Positions 44,845 through 54,967 of a stretch of DNA of 64,000 bases are shown piece after piece. Below the pieces are notes generated by a model that was given only the letters and a program-made list of their open reading frames with translations, did no database searches and was not told where the DNA came from. Source of the stretch: a virus (lineage: Duplodnaviria; Caudoviricetes); the IMG/VR virus record IMGVR_UViG_3300028888_000049; one strand, 5' to 3'. How positions within the stretch are numbered: position 1 is the first letter of the stretch; every line of letters begins with the position of its first letter. Made by a program: the position numbers and the translations under genes.

Positions 44845-44903
44845 AATTTTCGACTTTACAATTACCTTCAAATATTATACATTATAATTATAGGAGGTAA
44901 ATA

Positions 44904-45179
44904 ATGTCTGATTTATTAGATTCTTTAAAACAATCTATATCTTGCTATTTTGGTAGGACTGTATTTGTAACAACTACAGACGATAATTGTATTTTAATAG
45001 CAATTCCTTTACATATCCCTAAGATAGAGTTCGTTTTTTCAGAAATATTAAGAAATTGTAATATTCCATTAGTTAGATATTCTCATAAAGGTGGTTTTCA
45101 TTTTTATAAAATCTCTAATGAATATCAAAATGAATTAGCTAGATTACCATTTTTTCTAAAGGTTTATAAAAATGTATGA
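44904..45179 (+). CDS. small paralogue family member
   Basis: ILRNCNIP...YKI...LARLPFFLKVY. Confidence 0.65.
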   Translation: MSDLLDSLKQSISCYFGRTVFVTTTDDNCILIAIPLHIPKIEFVFSEILRNCNIPLVRYSHKGGFHFYKISNEYQNELARLPFFLKVYKNV

Positions 45180-45555
45180 TCCAGAATTTGCGCAACTATG
45201 TAACAAAACATTAAATTCGTATTATTCTTGCAATAGTATACTTTTATTAGGTAGTTTGCCTAACACTCCTATGACAGATTATTATCAAATTTTATTTACA
45301 GCACCGTATCATGAGAACAATTGGAGATATTATCATTTTAAAAAAGTATTAGATGATAATGATATTCCATATGATGAACCCTGTAATGTTAAACCAATAA
45401 AAAGTAAAAATGATAAGAATGAAGATGTTTGGGAACAAAATGACTCTTATGTTATTGTTATTCATAATAAATATAAAACTAAATTAGAAAGGATATTTTT
45501 TCTATTTAAAATACAAGGTAAATGTAGTGTATTACGAGAAAGTGATGAGTCTTAA
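45172..45555 (+). CDS. small paralogue family member
   Basis: VLDDNDIP...YVIVI...LERIFFLFKIQG. Confidence 0.65.
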   Translation: MYDPEFAQLCNKTLNSYYSCNSILLLGSLPNTPMTDYYQILFTAPYHENNWRYYHFKKVLDDNDIPYDEPCNVKPIKSKNDKNEDVWEQNDSYVIVIHNKYKTKLERIFFLFKIQGKCSVLRESDES

Positions 45556-45961
45556 TATGACAGATGAAGAATATAATAAAAGAAAACAAGAAAATTTCAA
45601 AAAGCATCATGACCAACGAGAAATGTATAAAAAGCAATTATTAGTATTATTGCAAATAAGTGGTTATGATGTTAATACTATTTATTCTCCAGTTCACCTT
45701 ATTGAAGCATTAGATAATATTGGATTCGTAAAAATAAAATCCACATATCATATGAATAAACAAAATAAAAGAGAATTTGAATTTCCATTACGATTTTCCA
45801 TGAATAATTATGAATTTGAAATGGACGTTGATATTAAACTTAAAAAACCAAAAGCTAACTTTTCAATAAATGGTGAAAGACAATGGTTAGATATTTGGTA
45901 TAAGAGACTTTATGAATGTCTTAAAGGTAATGAAATTAAAACGGACTTAGAAGAATGGTAG
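45527..45961 (+). CDS. hypothetical protein
   Basis: ORF in operon; weakly similar to the next ORF. Confidence 0.6.
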   Translation: MYYEKVMSLNMTDEEYNKRKQENFKKHHDQREMYKKQLLVLLQISGYDVNTIYSPVHLIEALDNIGFVKIKSTYHMNKQNKREFEFPLRFSMNNYEFEMDVDIKLKKPKANFSINGERQWLDIWYKRLYECLKGNEIKTDLEEW

Positions 45962-46236
45962 ATTACAAACAAGCTTTGACACTCCATTGCAGAATTCAAG
46001 GGTATACTCGATTAAACTATAGAAAATGTCTAAAAGATATAGCACAAACATATCCACATTTAGCAACTTATAAAAGAATAGGAAAAGAACACTATATATT
46101 CACCTTTAAAGACCAAACTTTAACTATTTGGATTCATTATATGCTAAGTGGACGTACTGATTTTAAATTAAACGATAAAGATATAACTCGCGAAGAAATG
46201 TATCAGTTTTTATACTCAGTACTACAAGAATTATAA
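45955..46236 (+). CDS. hypothetical protein
   Basis: 93-aa ORF. Confidence 0.6.
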   Translation: MVDYKQALTLHCRIQGYTRLNYRKCLKDIAQTYPHLATYKRIGKEHYIFTFKDQTLTIWIHYMLSGRTDFKLNDKDITREEMYQFLYSVLQEL

Positions 46237-46260
46237 AAAGTATATACTCAGTTTCTACTT

Positions 46261-46533
46261 TCATGAATATATTTTTGTTAAGAGTTTAATTCTATCAAGA
46301 TCTTTTTCTGTGAAGATAATTCGACTCCCGAAAGGTGAACAAGTACAAAACATCTGATCCTTTAATGTAAAACCCATACTCCATAATTCATTTATTATAT
46401 CATCAAAAAACCTTACAGTAACAATTCCTAAATAAATTCTACTATTATCGTTTATATAATATGATTGCTCATTAACAGTCATGAAATATGAGTTATTTAA
46501 TAATTCAAAACTAATATTCATCTTTATAAACAC
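46261..46533 (-). CDS. small paralogue family member
   Basis: ELWSMGF...DLDRIKLLTKIY. Confidence 0.65.
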   Translation of the reverse strand: MFIKMNISFELLNNSYFMTVNEQSYYINDNSRIYLGIVTVRFFDDIINELWSMGFTLKDQMFCTCSPFGSRIIFTEKDLDRIKLLTKIYS

Positions 46534-46846
46534 CCTTTATCTTTAAATACATAATTAATCTATTATATTGCTTTTTATTAAGGTTATAAACTTCATAATT
46601 ACTATGCATCATTTGTTTGAATGAAAACACCTTTGGTTTACTATCTTTATTTAATATACCTAATTGTACAAAATAATCAAATAACCTACTAAAATATGAA
46701 TAACTTAAATATAATGTGGATTTTGTAAACTTAGCAATATATACACAATATGTAGACTCCTTAACAGAAAATCCTAAATTGATAAAATTCTTATTTTTCT
46801 CAAAATGACCCATTTTTATAATATCAAAAGTATCTGGAAAAGACAT
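46511..46846 (-). CDS. small paralogue family member
   Basis: YFVQLGI...QYNRLIMYLKIKG. Confidence 0.65.
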   Translation of the reverse strand: MSFPDTFDIIKMGHFEKNKNFINLGFSVKESTYCVYIAKFTKSTLYLSYSYFSRLFDYFVQLGILNKDSKPKVFSFKQMMHSNYEVYNLNKKQYNRLIMYLKIKGVYKDEY

Positions 46847-46860
46847 TAGTTTTACTCCTA

Positions 46861-47172
46861 TTAACTTGTCTTAACATCACCTGCAATCTTAGCATACATA
46901 CATAATCTATTATAATCATCTTTAGTTAATTCTATCCAGTATTTACCACTAATAGTATTAATTCCTAATTCTTCTAATTTAGCTTTCACAGCATTAACAT
47001 CTGATGTATTGAATATCTGACATACATAACTATTACCAAATCTCTGAGCAAAATAATATGTATCATCACAAATTGTCTTATCTACTGTGGCTTTGATTAC
47101 TCTCATTAAAAGTGTTTCATCTTTACTATATCTATTGATAAAAAATTCTATATCATAAGCATCTTTTTCCAT
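46861..47172 (-). CDS. small paralogue family member
   Basis: KLEELGI...DDYNRLCMYAKIAG. Confidence 0.7.
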   Translation of the reverse strand: MEKDAYDIEFFINRYSKDETLLMRVIKATVDKTICDDTYYFAQRFGNSYVCQIFNTSDVNAVKAKLEELGINTISGKYWIELTKDDYNRLCMYAKIAGDVKTS

Positions 47173-47188
47173 CTTTATTTTCCTTTTA

Positions 47189-47668
47189 TTATATTGAATT
47201 CCATTTCATAGATTTTTTATCATATAACAACTCATCCATTTTCTTTTTTATTTCGATAGGATCATCTATATTTCTAAATATTACTTTAGAAGCACCAATA
47301 CCACTAAATATAATATCACCATAATCAAATATTCTACCTAATACAGTTTGTCTTACTTCTATACCTTCTAATTTATCATTCTTTAATTCATCTGTATGTA
47401 TAGATATTATCCCTTCTTTATAAACTACTCTTTTATTAGTTATAATCCTTTCAGTCATAAATAAACTTAAAAATCCATAAACAGAATAACAAAGTAATAG
47501 AAACGTACCTAATATAAATAAACCACCTCTTTGATTTATAGCTATATCAAAAGTTAAATATCCACAAACAAATGTCATAACCCACCAGTATAAGAAATTA
47601 ATCCAATGTAATTCAACTTCATACTGAATCTTTTCTTGAATACCTAAACTTCGATCTATATATCTCAT
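47189..47668 (-). CDS. membrane protein with bacterial PH (bPH_2) domain
   Basis: 2 TMs then ITNKRVVYKEGII...IEVRQTVLGRIFDYGDI. Confidence 0.8.
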   Translation of the reverse strand: MRYIDRSLGIQEKIQYEVELHWINFLYWWVMTFVCGYLTFDIAINQRGGLFILGTFLLLCYSVYGFLSLFMTERIITNKRVVYKEGIISIHTDELKNDKLEGIEVRQTVLGRIFDYGDIIFSGIGASKVIFRNIDDPIEIKKKMDELLYDKKSMKWNSI

Positions 47669-48045
47669 TTCTCTACTTCCTCATATTTGTATATCTCTAA
47701 AGGATTTGTATAATCTATGTTATATGTTGTTTTCAATAATAAAAGCTTATCTCCATCTTGCTTACTTATTCTAATACTATAACTATCTCCATGCTCATGC
47801 TTTACTATAACTACATTCTGTAAATTCAAAATCTCAACTAATACACTCTTTGCTAGATTTACAATAAACTTTTGACGAACAAAATCACTGCTATAAAACA
47901 AATCTTCATCTCTAAGAGTTTTCTCAAATAATATATAATAGTTTCCTAAATTGGTAAAACAAATCTGTAAACCAAAACGGTTATATGTACATACTAAACT
48001 TATACTTTCAATACAATATGTTCTTAACAAATCATCTAAAGTCAT
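47665..48045 (-). CDS. small paralogue family member
   Basis: VLVEILNL...YSIRISKQDGDKLLLLKTTY. Confidence 0.65.
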   Translation of the reverse strand: MTLDDLLRTYCIESISLVCTYNRFGLQICFTNLGNYYILFEKTLRDEDLFYSSDFVRQKFIVNLAKSVLVEILNLQNVVIVKHEHGDSYSIRISKQDGDKLLLLKTTYNIDYTNPLEIYKYEEVEK

Positions 48046-48380
48046 ACTAAATCATCCTCTATCTTAATATATTCATACATCTTCAATAATAAGACTAATT
48101 TATTATAGTTATCTTCATCTAATTTTAATCCTGAGCCAACCCTAAATTGATCTATAATTACATGTACACCATATTTCAATAAAGTTGCATATACATTAAA
48201 ATAAAGTTCTTCTTTACTAATTATCTTTTCTTCTGGTATTTGATTCGTAATAAATACACAAATATAATAATATTTACCAGTACGCGGTAAAAACTCACTA
48301 TTCGTATTAAGTGCTAATTTCCAATAAAAATCGGTACGATTATAATACAGTTCAATATTTGCTACTTTTTTATTACTCAT
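48042..48380 (-). CDS. small paralogue family member
   Basis: TLLKYGV...NYNKLVLLLKMY. Confidence 0.7.
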   Translation of the reverse strand: MSNKKVANIELYYNRTDFYWKLALNTNSEFLPRTGKYYYICVFITNQIPEEKIISKEELYFNVYATLLKYGVHVIIDQFRVGSGLKLDEDNYNKLVLLLKMYEYIKIEDDLV

Positions 48381-48754
48381 ATTAGTTTTCCATCATACGT
48401 CTTTACTAAAAATATTAACTTCTCATACATTTCTCTAGTCATAATAATATATAATCCATTATATTGTGCATCTAAATCATATTTCTTAAATATATCAATA
48501 AAGGCCATAGCTATTTCTATATTCATACAATCACTTTGAACATATTGCTGTCCTAAAAAATCTGTATAAAGATGTGACCTAATTATAGACATATCTCTCA
48601 AACCAGTAAATGTACCATGACCTGTTGATAACGGTTGTGAATAGTTAATGCAAAGTACAATTCCATAAGTAGATCTATATTCAACACTATAACTAACACT
48701 TGCGTCTGTATTTTCCTTAAATATTTCACTTATTATCATAATACATACTTCCAT
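48377..48754 (-). CDS. small paralogue family member
   Basis: IFKKYDL...MYEKLIFLVKTY. Confidence 0.7.
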   Translation of the reverse strand: MEVCIMIISEIFKENTDASVSYSVEYRSTYGIVLCINYSQPLSTGHGTFTGLRDMSIIRSHLYTDFLGQQYVQSDCMNIEIAMAFIDIFKKYDLDAQYNGLYIIMTREMYEKLIFLVKTYDGKLI

Positions 48755-49040
48755 TATTTAACTTTAATAGAAACTTTAACTTATCTAACTCACTCTGCTC
48801 TATATATAATGCATTAATATGCGCATTACTATCATATGGCATAATAACACTCTTTATATTTATCTTACGTAGAATATCTTTAAAATACTCATTCAGACTA
48901 TTATTATTCTTACTATCAAATACAAAAGCACAAACACAATAATACTTAGAATATACTACGTTATATGTACGTATAATAACATGGTCAACTTCAGTCCTAA
49001 TAACTATCTCATCATCATTATTATAATGTATATATATCAT
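48726..49040 (-). CDS. small paralogue family member
   Basis: ILRKINI...ELDKLKFLLKL. Confidence 0.7.
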   Translation of the reverse strand: MIYIHYNNDDEIVIRTEVDHVIIRTYNVVYSKYYCVCAFVFDSKNNNSLNEYFKDILRKINIKSVIMPYDSNAHINALYIEQSELDKLKFLLKLNNGSMYYDNK

Positions 49041-49041
49041 A

Positions 49042-49470
49042 TCACACTCTCTCCACTAACTTTATTTCTTTACTATCAACTGAAATATCAAAATTATTAT
49101 CATATAACTTTAATAAAAACAATAAATTATTATACATACTCTTTTTAATCCATAACGTCTTATATAATCCAAAAAACTTCTTTCTTATTTCTATACTAAT
49201 ACCAATACTACTTAATATACTAATTAACTCATTTAAATGTCTCTTACTCATTGCTTTCCTATTTGCAAAAATCCTATAACAATCATCTATACATTCACAC
49301 ATCTCATATTCATCAATAATATATAAACAGTTACAATACTTCACACCATCTAAACTATGCTTTCCCACTAAACTATATTTGTCTTCCCATTCATAAAATT
49401 CAAACTCATAATATATATCACGTCTATCACTAAAATAATCACGTAGTCCTATTTCTATTCGTCTAATCAT
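49042..49470 (-). CDS. small paralogue family member (start set at MIRRIE after an AAGGGG RBS)
   Basis: ILSSIGISIEI...LWIKKSMYNNLLFLLKLY. Confidence 0.65.
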   Translation of the reverse strand: MIRRIEIGLRDYFSDRRDIYYEFEFYEWEDKYSLVGKHSLDGVKYCNCLYIIDEYEMCECIDDCYRIFANRKAMSKRHLNELISILSSIGISIEIRKKFFGLYKTLWIKKSMYNNLLFLLKLYDNNFDISVDSKEIKLVERV

Positions 49471-49992
49471 TATATTCCCCTTATATATAAAATATAACCA
49501 TATATAAGAAAAAAGTAAAACCAAAAATCATAACTCCTCACTCTCTATATCCATCAATTCATCTGCTCCTAGACATAAAAAAAGAAAATATATACAGAAC
49601 ATATACAAAAAGAGTATGCTATCAGATAAAAAACGATAGCAAGAACAAAAATACAAGAAAACCTGTATATAAGGACAAACAAAAGAAATAGGAGTACAGA
49701 CTAAATACAGACAGAATACAAGAACAGTGAGACAACAGAACACAGAGACATAGGCATAACCACACAAAACTAACCATCAGAAAACAGACAAGGGCCTATA
49801 ACGAACACACCAGAAAACAGAAAACGCCGAGACACCTACTGAATACTCAAGGATATGATAACACTTACGAAACTGTGAAAAACACCAGAAAACAGAAAAC
49901 ACCTACTGAGTTGGAATTAGACAAAAAACTGCCTATACGTAAAGGCCCCTGTCTGCCGTCCGCCGGCTCCGGTATATATTATATCGTGTTAT

Positions 49993-50491
49993 ATTTTAGT
50001 GGAAATAACCGGTTATTATAGATACTATAATCTATATAAATATAAAAAGATCCACTGAATATTTTTGATTTTACATTTTATAAATAATCCACTAAAATAA
50101 AATTATAATAAATAAAAAGATAATAAAAATCCACTGAAATATAATTTAATATTTTATAATCAAATAATAAATGATAATTAAATAAAATCAAATCATTTAT
50201 AAAAAATAAAAATAATATTTATAGAGTTGTTATATTTTATATTTATATAGATTATATAATAACTCTATAAATTATAATAATATATCCACTAAAATTATAT
50301 TTAATAAATTATAATCAATAAATAAATAATATAAAAATTAAATTTATTTATATTTTAGTGAAAAAATAATATTTATAGAGTTAGTAATAATTATATAAAT
50401 AATAAAAATAATATCCACTGAAATAAAGTTGAATATAAATAAGTATAATAAATGATGATTAAAAAAATCAAGTCGTTTATATTTTAGTGGC
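49993..50491. repeat. AT-rich region with 8 iteron-like TCCACTRAAAT repeats in both orientations (candidate origin/terminus)
   Basis: Copies at 49993(-), 50051, 50088, 50130, 50285, 50352(-, variant), 50414, 50481(-). Confidence 0.75.
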
Positions 50492-50627
50492 AAGTATGTA
50501 CTATAGATATATAATCTATATGCAAGTAGTAAGTATATTAGTTGTGTATAGACTATATATCTGAGTAGATGTATAGAGTGCTAGAGATAGTGCTATTGTA
50601 TTAACTTTAATTTTAAGGAGACGTAAT

Positions 50628-50984
50628 ATGTCAAAAGTTCAATCTAATTCTGTTGTTAACACTGTAGCTGGTTTCGATTTAGATAAGGCTTTAGAAGTAG
50701 CTCAGGCAACTGAAGCTAAGACTCATGGTGGAGCTAGAGGAGCTGGTGAGTTTCAGACTTTAGTATTAGCGATGCTCGATAAGGCTGGAGTATTGACGAT
50801 CAATCAGATCAAAGCTGGTTTAGAGTCAGTAGGGTTTAAGGATGTTCATGGTAACTCAGCAACAAGTAAGTATATTGCTGATAGAATCTGGACATATGCT
50901 AAGAAAGGTAAATGTGCATTTGGTGATGTCAGTGGTCAGTATATGAGCAATGCTCATCGTGCAGAAAATCCGAAAGCTGAGTAA
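50628..50984 (+). CDS. hypothetical protein, possible winged-helix DNA-binding protein
   Basis: Strong RBS TAAGGAG; LTINQIKAGL...YIADRIWTYAKKG. Confidence 0.65.
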   Translation: MSKVQSNSVVNTVAGFDLDKALEVAQATEAKTHGGARGAGEFQTLVLAMLDKAGVLTINQIKAGLESVGFKDVHGNSATSKYIADRIWTYAKKGKCAFGDVSGQYMSNAHRAENPKAE

Positions 50985-51083
50985 TATCAGTGAGCGGTGC
51001 TAGTGGGGGCGGTGCTTATCTTAAGTGATGAGTGCCGCTCATTAGCTAGTAATATAAGACATATATAGTAGTATAAGATTTGT

Positions 51084-51115
51084 GAGCGGTGTTCGTAATA
51101 GATACCGCTATTTTT
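51084..51115 (+). terminator. intrinsic terminator
   Basis: AGCGGT...ACCGCT stem followed by TTTTT. Confidence 0.6.
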
Positions 51116-51137
51116 GTATATAAGAAAGGAGACGTGA

Positions 51138-51371
51138 GTGATGTCTAAGAATAAAATTAAGAATATCTATGAGATGAAGCAGAATAAAGCTGGTGAATGG
51201 TGCTTATATGATAATTTGAATGGAGTAGTAATGATGCGACATCCAGATAAAGCTACAGTAAGTATGATGATGTTGAAGATGTATCGAGATCTAAGTATAG
51301 CTGTGCATGCAGTACCAACGATAAGTAGTGCTAATCTTAAGTATATAGCTAACAGTAGTTGGGGTATGTAG
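51138..51371 (+). CDS. hypothetical early protein
   Basis: RBS AAAGGAG. Confidence 0.6.
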   Translation: MMSKNKIKNIYEMKQNKAGEWCLYDNLNGVVMMRHPDKATVSMMMLKMYRDLSIAVHAVPTISSANLKYIANSSWGM

Positions 51372-51495
51372 AAGATATTATGTGAGCACTGAAGATTCAC
51401 CAGCAGTGTTTTTAGTGAATATTGCTGGTGTTTCTTGAATGCTTAAACAGTATTCAGTAATGACATTAACACTAGATGAAAGGAGATAGTGAGAT

Positions 51496-51888
51496 ATGTT
51501 CAGTAATCAGAAACTAATAGATGCTCAAGAGGTTGCTAAGACTGATGAGTATGAAGTTGATGAGCAAGGTTTTGCTGTAATAAAGGATAGTATAAATCCA
51601 GACAGTAGATCTTTGTTAGATGATAGTCAGTTTAAGAGTAATGGTACTGATGGTGTGAATGATGTTAATGAAGCTAATAAAGTAATTAATGAATTTCCGA
51701 CATTAGAAGATGTTACGAATAAAACTGAGGATAAATCGAAGGAGAATATTGGTAGGACTGTAGAACAACAGTTACGAGAACTTATTATGAGTAATAATGT
51801 ACCGTATTTAATTGAAAGCGGTAAGTATAGAGATGCTAAGATACTTGGTAAGTTACAATTACTGTATTTAGAGTCTCTTGGAGTATAA
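51496..51888 (+). CDS. hypothetical early protein
   Basis: RBS AAAGGAG. Confidence 0.65.
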   Translation: MFSNQKLIDAQEVAKTDEYEVDEQGFAVIKDSINPDSRSLLDDSQFKSNGTDGVNDVNEANKVINEFPTLEDVTNKTEDKSKENIGRTVEQQLRELIMSNNVPYLIESGKYRDAKILGKLQLLYLESLGV

Positions 51889-52010
51889 TTTCAGTAAAAG
51901 CTCGTTAAATGGTCGTACGTGAGCGAAATTAGTTTTTATATATAGTTATATATATTGAATTGATTTCGTTTATGTACGGTCAAAAAAAGCTTATTTATGG
52001 AGGTTTTAGC

Positions 52011-52319
52011 ATGAATAATAAGATAGAGTATATGAAATTCGCATCAGATTATAGGTCTATTGAGGAATTTCTTAAGACGACATCTGGACGTATGTCTGTA
52101 GTTGTAGATGCATCGATATATGGTTTTAATACATATAAGTGGTTAATGTTCGAATTTTACTTAGGATTAGATGATAACAATAATCAAGTAATATACATGA
52201 ACATTATCGAGAAGACTGCTAAAGGTGATACTCTATTGAATAAGTATCCTGTTAAACCTACAGTAGATTTCTTGAATGAAGTTAATAAGTTTATCGAAAG
52301 AATAAAAGATGAAGAATAA
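52011..52319 (+). CDS. hypothetical protein (start set at MNNKIE)
   Basis: RBS GGAGG. Confidence 0.6.
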   Translation: MNNKIEYMKFASDYRSIEEFLKTTSGRMSVVVDASIYGFNTYKWLMFEFYLGLDDNNNQVIYMNIIEKTAKGDTLLNKYPVKPTVDFLNEVNKFIERIKDEE

Positions 52320-52386
52320 AAACTTTTTACCAGATGAAAAAGAAGATGACTTTAGTTACGACTTTCCACTGTTTAATTAAAGTCAA

Positions 52387-52485
52387 TTTTAGAATATATT
52401 AATTTAATATTAATATATTATAAAATCAGAAACAGAGGTTGTCTCACTTCAGAATATATTAATTTAATATTAATATATTCTGAAG
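52387..52485. repeat. two tandem 39-bp near-perfect palindromes
   Basis: 52387-52425 and 52447-52485 share AGAATATATTAATTTAATATTAATATATT. Confidence 0.8.
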
Positions 52486-52518
52486 CTTGTTAAGTAATAA
52501 AACGAAAGGAAGTATGAA

Positions 52519-52833
52519 ATGAAAACAGGAATGTATATCTATGTAATTAAGTCTGATACTAATGAGTATGGTGAGCGTCATATTCAGAGTGTAGAGAAAG
52601 ATTTAGCTATACATCATAAGTCAGGAGTATTTGTAACAGAAAAGAATGGTCTTGTTAAAGATACTAATGTTATGTTAACGTATACCGCTAAACAATTACA
52701 GAAATTAGTATTTGAAAATGCTTATAACGGTTATTGTAGTAAGAAGTTATATAACCAATTCAGAACTCAAAAGCTTATTGAAGATACATTATTACGTAAT
52801 CAAATGATGTCTGCACAAAGAGTTGCTGCTTAA
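52519..52833 (+). CDS. hypothetical protein
   Basis: RBS AAAGGA. Confidence 0.65.
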   Translation: MKTGMYIYVIKSDTNEYGERHIQSVEKDLAIHHKSGVFVTEKNGLVKDTNVMLTYTAKQLQKLVFENAYNGYCSKKLYNQFRTQKLIEDTLLRNQMMSAQRVAA

Positions 52834-53112
52834 TTATAGACGAAAAAATAGACAAAAAAGAGTATTTTTTCATTTATTATAGACGAAAATAAATGAATGT
52901 CATAAACTGAAGGAGGTTAATCATGAAAAAAGTATTCTAGATATGATACAATGATATGATAACGATATAATATTCTATTACTTTTTACTTAAACTTTGGA
53001 TTAACTATACTGAAGGAGAGTAAGATGTGCGAAAGACCTAGGTGAGTATGTCTATTATTATGTATATATGTTATATTAACGATATTTAATAATAAAATAG
53101 GAGATTAAAGAA

Positions 53113-53664
53113 ATGACAAAAACATTATTACCGTATAAAAGAACATTAGAAGCAAGAAAGTTATATAATAACGCTGTTAAAGAGTTTACTGCTTCTTATG
53201 ACTTAACTAAGATCAAAGATGAAAAAGAAGACTTCGACGATATATTAAGTACTAAAGTATATGATAAAATCATGATTAAAGGTTATAATGACATATACGA
53301 AATTGTAGACAAGATTATTCATGAAGAAAATCCTGAAATATCTAAAGATAAAGATATACCATTTCACATGTTTTCTTATGTATTAAATAGTGATACATAC
53401 TTAGACTGCGATTGTCTTGATTGTGCATATGATACAGATATTATTACAGAACTAAAATCATTACTATCACCATTAAAACCTGTATTAGAAGAAAACAGCG
53501 ATTATCCTGAAGAAGAAGTTAATAAAGTATTTGACTTTGCTCTAGTAATCGTTGATAGTATTGCTCATAAATACGGTGAAAGAGGTCAATACTTCCTAGA
53601 TTGGTGGGGTAATACTGACGGAACGATAGAACTAGTCGACCAAATAGCTAATGGAACAATATAA
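53113..53664 (+). CDS. hypothetical acidic protein
   Basis: RBS AGGAG. Confidence 0.7.
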   Translation: MTKTLLPYKRTLEARKLYNNAVKEFTASYDLTKIKDEKEDFDDILSTKVYDKIMIKGYNDIYEIVDKIIHEENPEISKDKDIPFHMFSYVLNSDTYLDCDCLDCAYDTDIITELKSLLSPLKPVLEENSDYPEEEVNKVFDFALVIVDSIAHKYGERGQYFLDWWGNTDGTIELVDQIANGTI

Positions 53665-53875
53665 CTTATAACAAAACGTTATAATTACTAAATTTCACAC
53701 TTTATTATTAAATATCAATAACTTAGGTAAAATAATCTATACTTCTCGAATAGTTAACTGAGAAAAAAGGATCATTTTCCCTATATACGAAATACAAACA
53801 AAACATCACAAATCGTTATAAATTGACTTAACGATATTACAAAATGTTATAACTTAAAAATGAAAGGAAAATACT

Positions 53876-54412
53876 ATGTCTAAACAATACATCATTACTG
53901 ATCCATGTTACATCTTATCTGATACTGTATGGCAAAACATCTGTAAATCCTGTAAAGACGATGACTACTATAACGGTACATTCGATAATAAAGTAACAGA
54001 AGAACTAAACAAACTCGCTAATACCACTACTGCTAAAGCTTCTACTACAGGATTCGGTGATTGGCAAAACTGTATACACTCCGATAATCCTACAGAAGCT
54101 AATATCATCCAATCAGACTTCTTTGCTGACTCAGGTATGGTATGCGTCGTAGAATATAACGATATCATCAAACAAGCTCTAAAAGATAAAAACAATGACC
54201 ACTTAACAGACGAAAATACAGGTAGTGCTGCTGTCATAGAAATACAAGACGATTCAGATATAGATATCGAAATGGATACTTCTGATACTAACTGGACTCA
54301 AGTAAAAATCAGCACTCCTAACGAAAACTTCTGGTCTACATATCCATATAACGACGATGACGAAGAAGAAGATGAAGATTATTGCGACTACGATCCAGAA
54401 GATGACGAATAA
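53876..54412 (+). CDS. hypothetical protein with ITDPCY / T.FGD / F.ADSG.VCV motifs
   Basis: Motif set recalled from conserved phage hypothetical proteins. Confidence 0.7.
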   Translation: MSKQYIITDPCYILSDTVWQNICKSCKDDDYYNGTFDNKVTEELNKLANTTTAKASTTGFGDWQNCIHSDNPTEANIIQSDFFADSGMVCVVEYNDIIKQALKDKNNDHLTDENTGSAAVIEIQDDSDIDIEMDTSDTNWTQVKISTPNENFWSTYPYNDDDEEEDEDYCDYDPEDDE

Positions 54413-54575
54413 AAATAGAATAAAACAAGAACAAACAAGACTTTTTGTCTAAAAAATGGACGAAAAAAGTTTTTAATAATTTCAAGTACTTAGATAAAAA
54501 TCCCTATAAGGAAAATAAAACAGAATTGTAGGGATTTTTGTCTATTTTGTCCAACAAGAAAAAGGAGATAAAATC

Positions 54576-54770
54576 ATGCTTAAAACTTATGGTGATCTTA
54601 AAAAATACTTCAATAACATCCTAGAAGAAATCGAAGATGTACCTGATTCTAAAGAACTACATGTATCCTGTAATACATATAGACAATACGGTACTCTACT
54701 TTCTATTCCAGGTCAAGGATACATCAACCTAAACGAACTAACACCAGAAGATGAAGACGAAGAAGACTAA
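54576..54770 (+). CDS. hypothetical protein
   Basis: RBS AAGGAG. Confidence 0.6.
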   Translation: MLKTYGDLKKYFNNILEEIEDVPDSKELHVSCNTYRQYGTLLSIPGQGYINLNELTPEDEDEED

Positions 54771-54784
54771 AGGATATACACACC

Positions 54785-54967
54785 ATGAAACAACTATTAT
54801 ATACTATCTCATCTATCACAATACTTTCAATTCTTATCCTATGTATACTTACTCCTGAAAAAACACTCCAAGGAGAATATACTGATGCTGTAAAATACTG
54901 GTCTAACAACACCTACTACACCATGAACTTTATCGACCCACTCTTTATCCCTTTGCAACACAACTAA
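54785..54967 (+). CDS. small membrane-anchored protein
   Basis: N-terminal hydrophobic helix. Confidence 0.5.
   Translation: MKQLLYTISSITILSILILCILTPEKTLQGEYTDAVKYWSNNTYYTMNFIDPLFIPLQHN

Noticed and set aside
49528-49767. 79-aa Cys/Phe-rich ORF
   Set aside because: Artefact of low-complexity, strand-skewed non-coding DNA; the 5' extension of the 55165 ORF is rejected for the same reason.
49993-50491. CRISPR array
   Set aside because: Repeats are 11 bp, irregularly spaced and in both orientations; no cas genes in the window.
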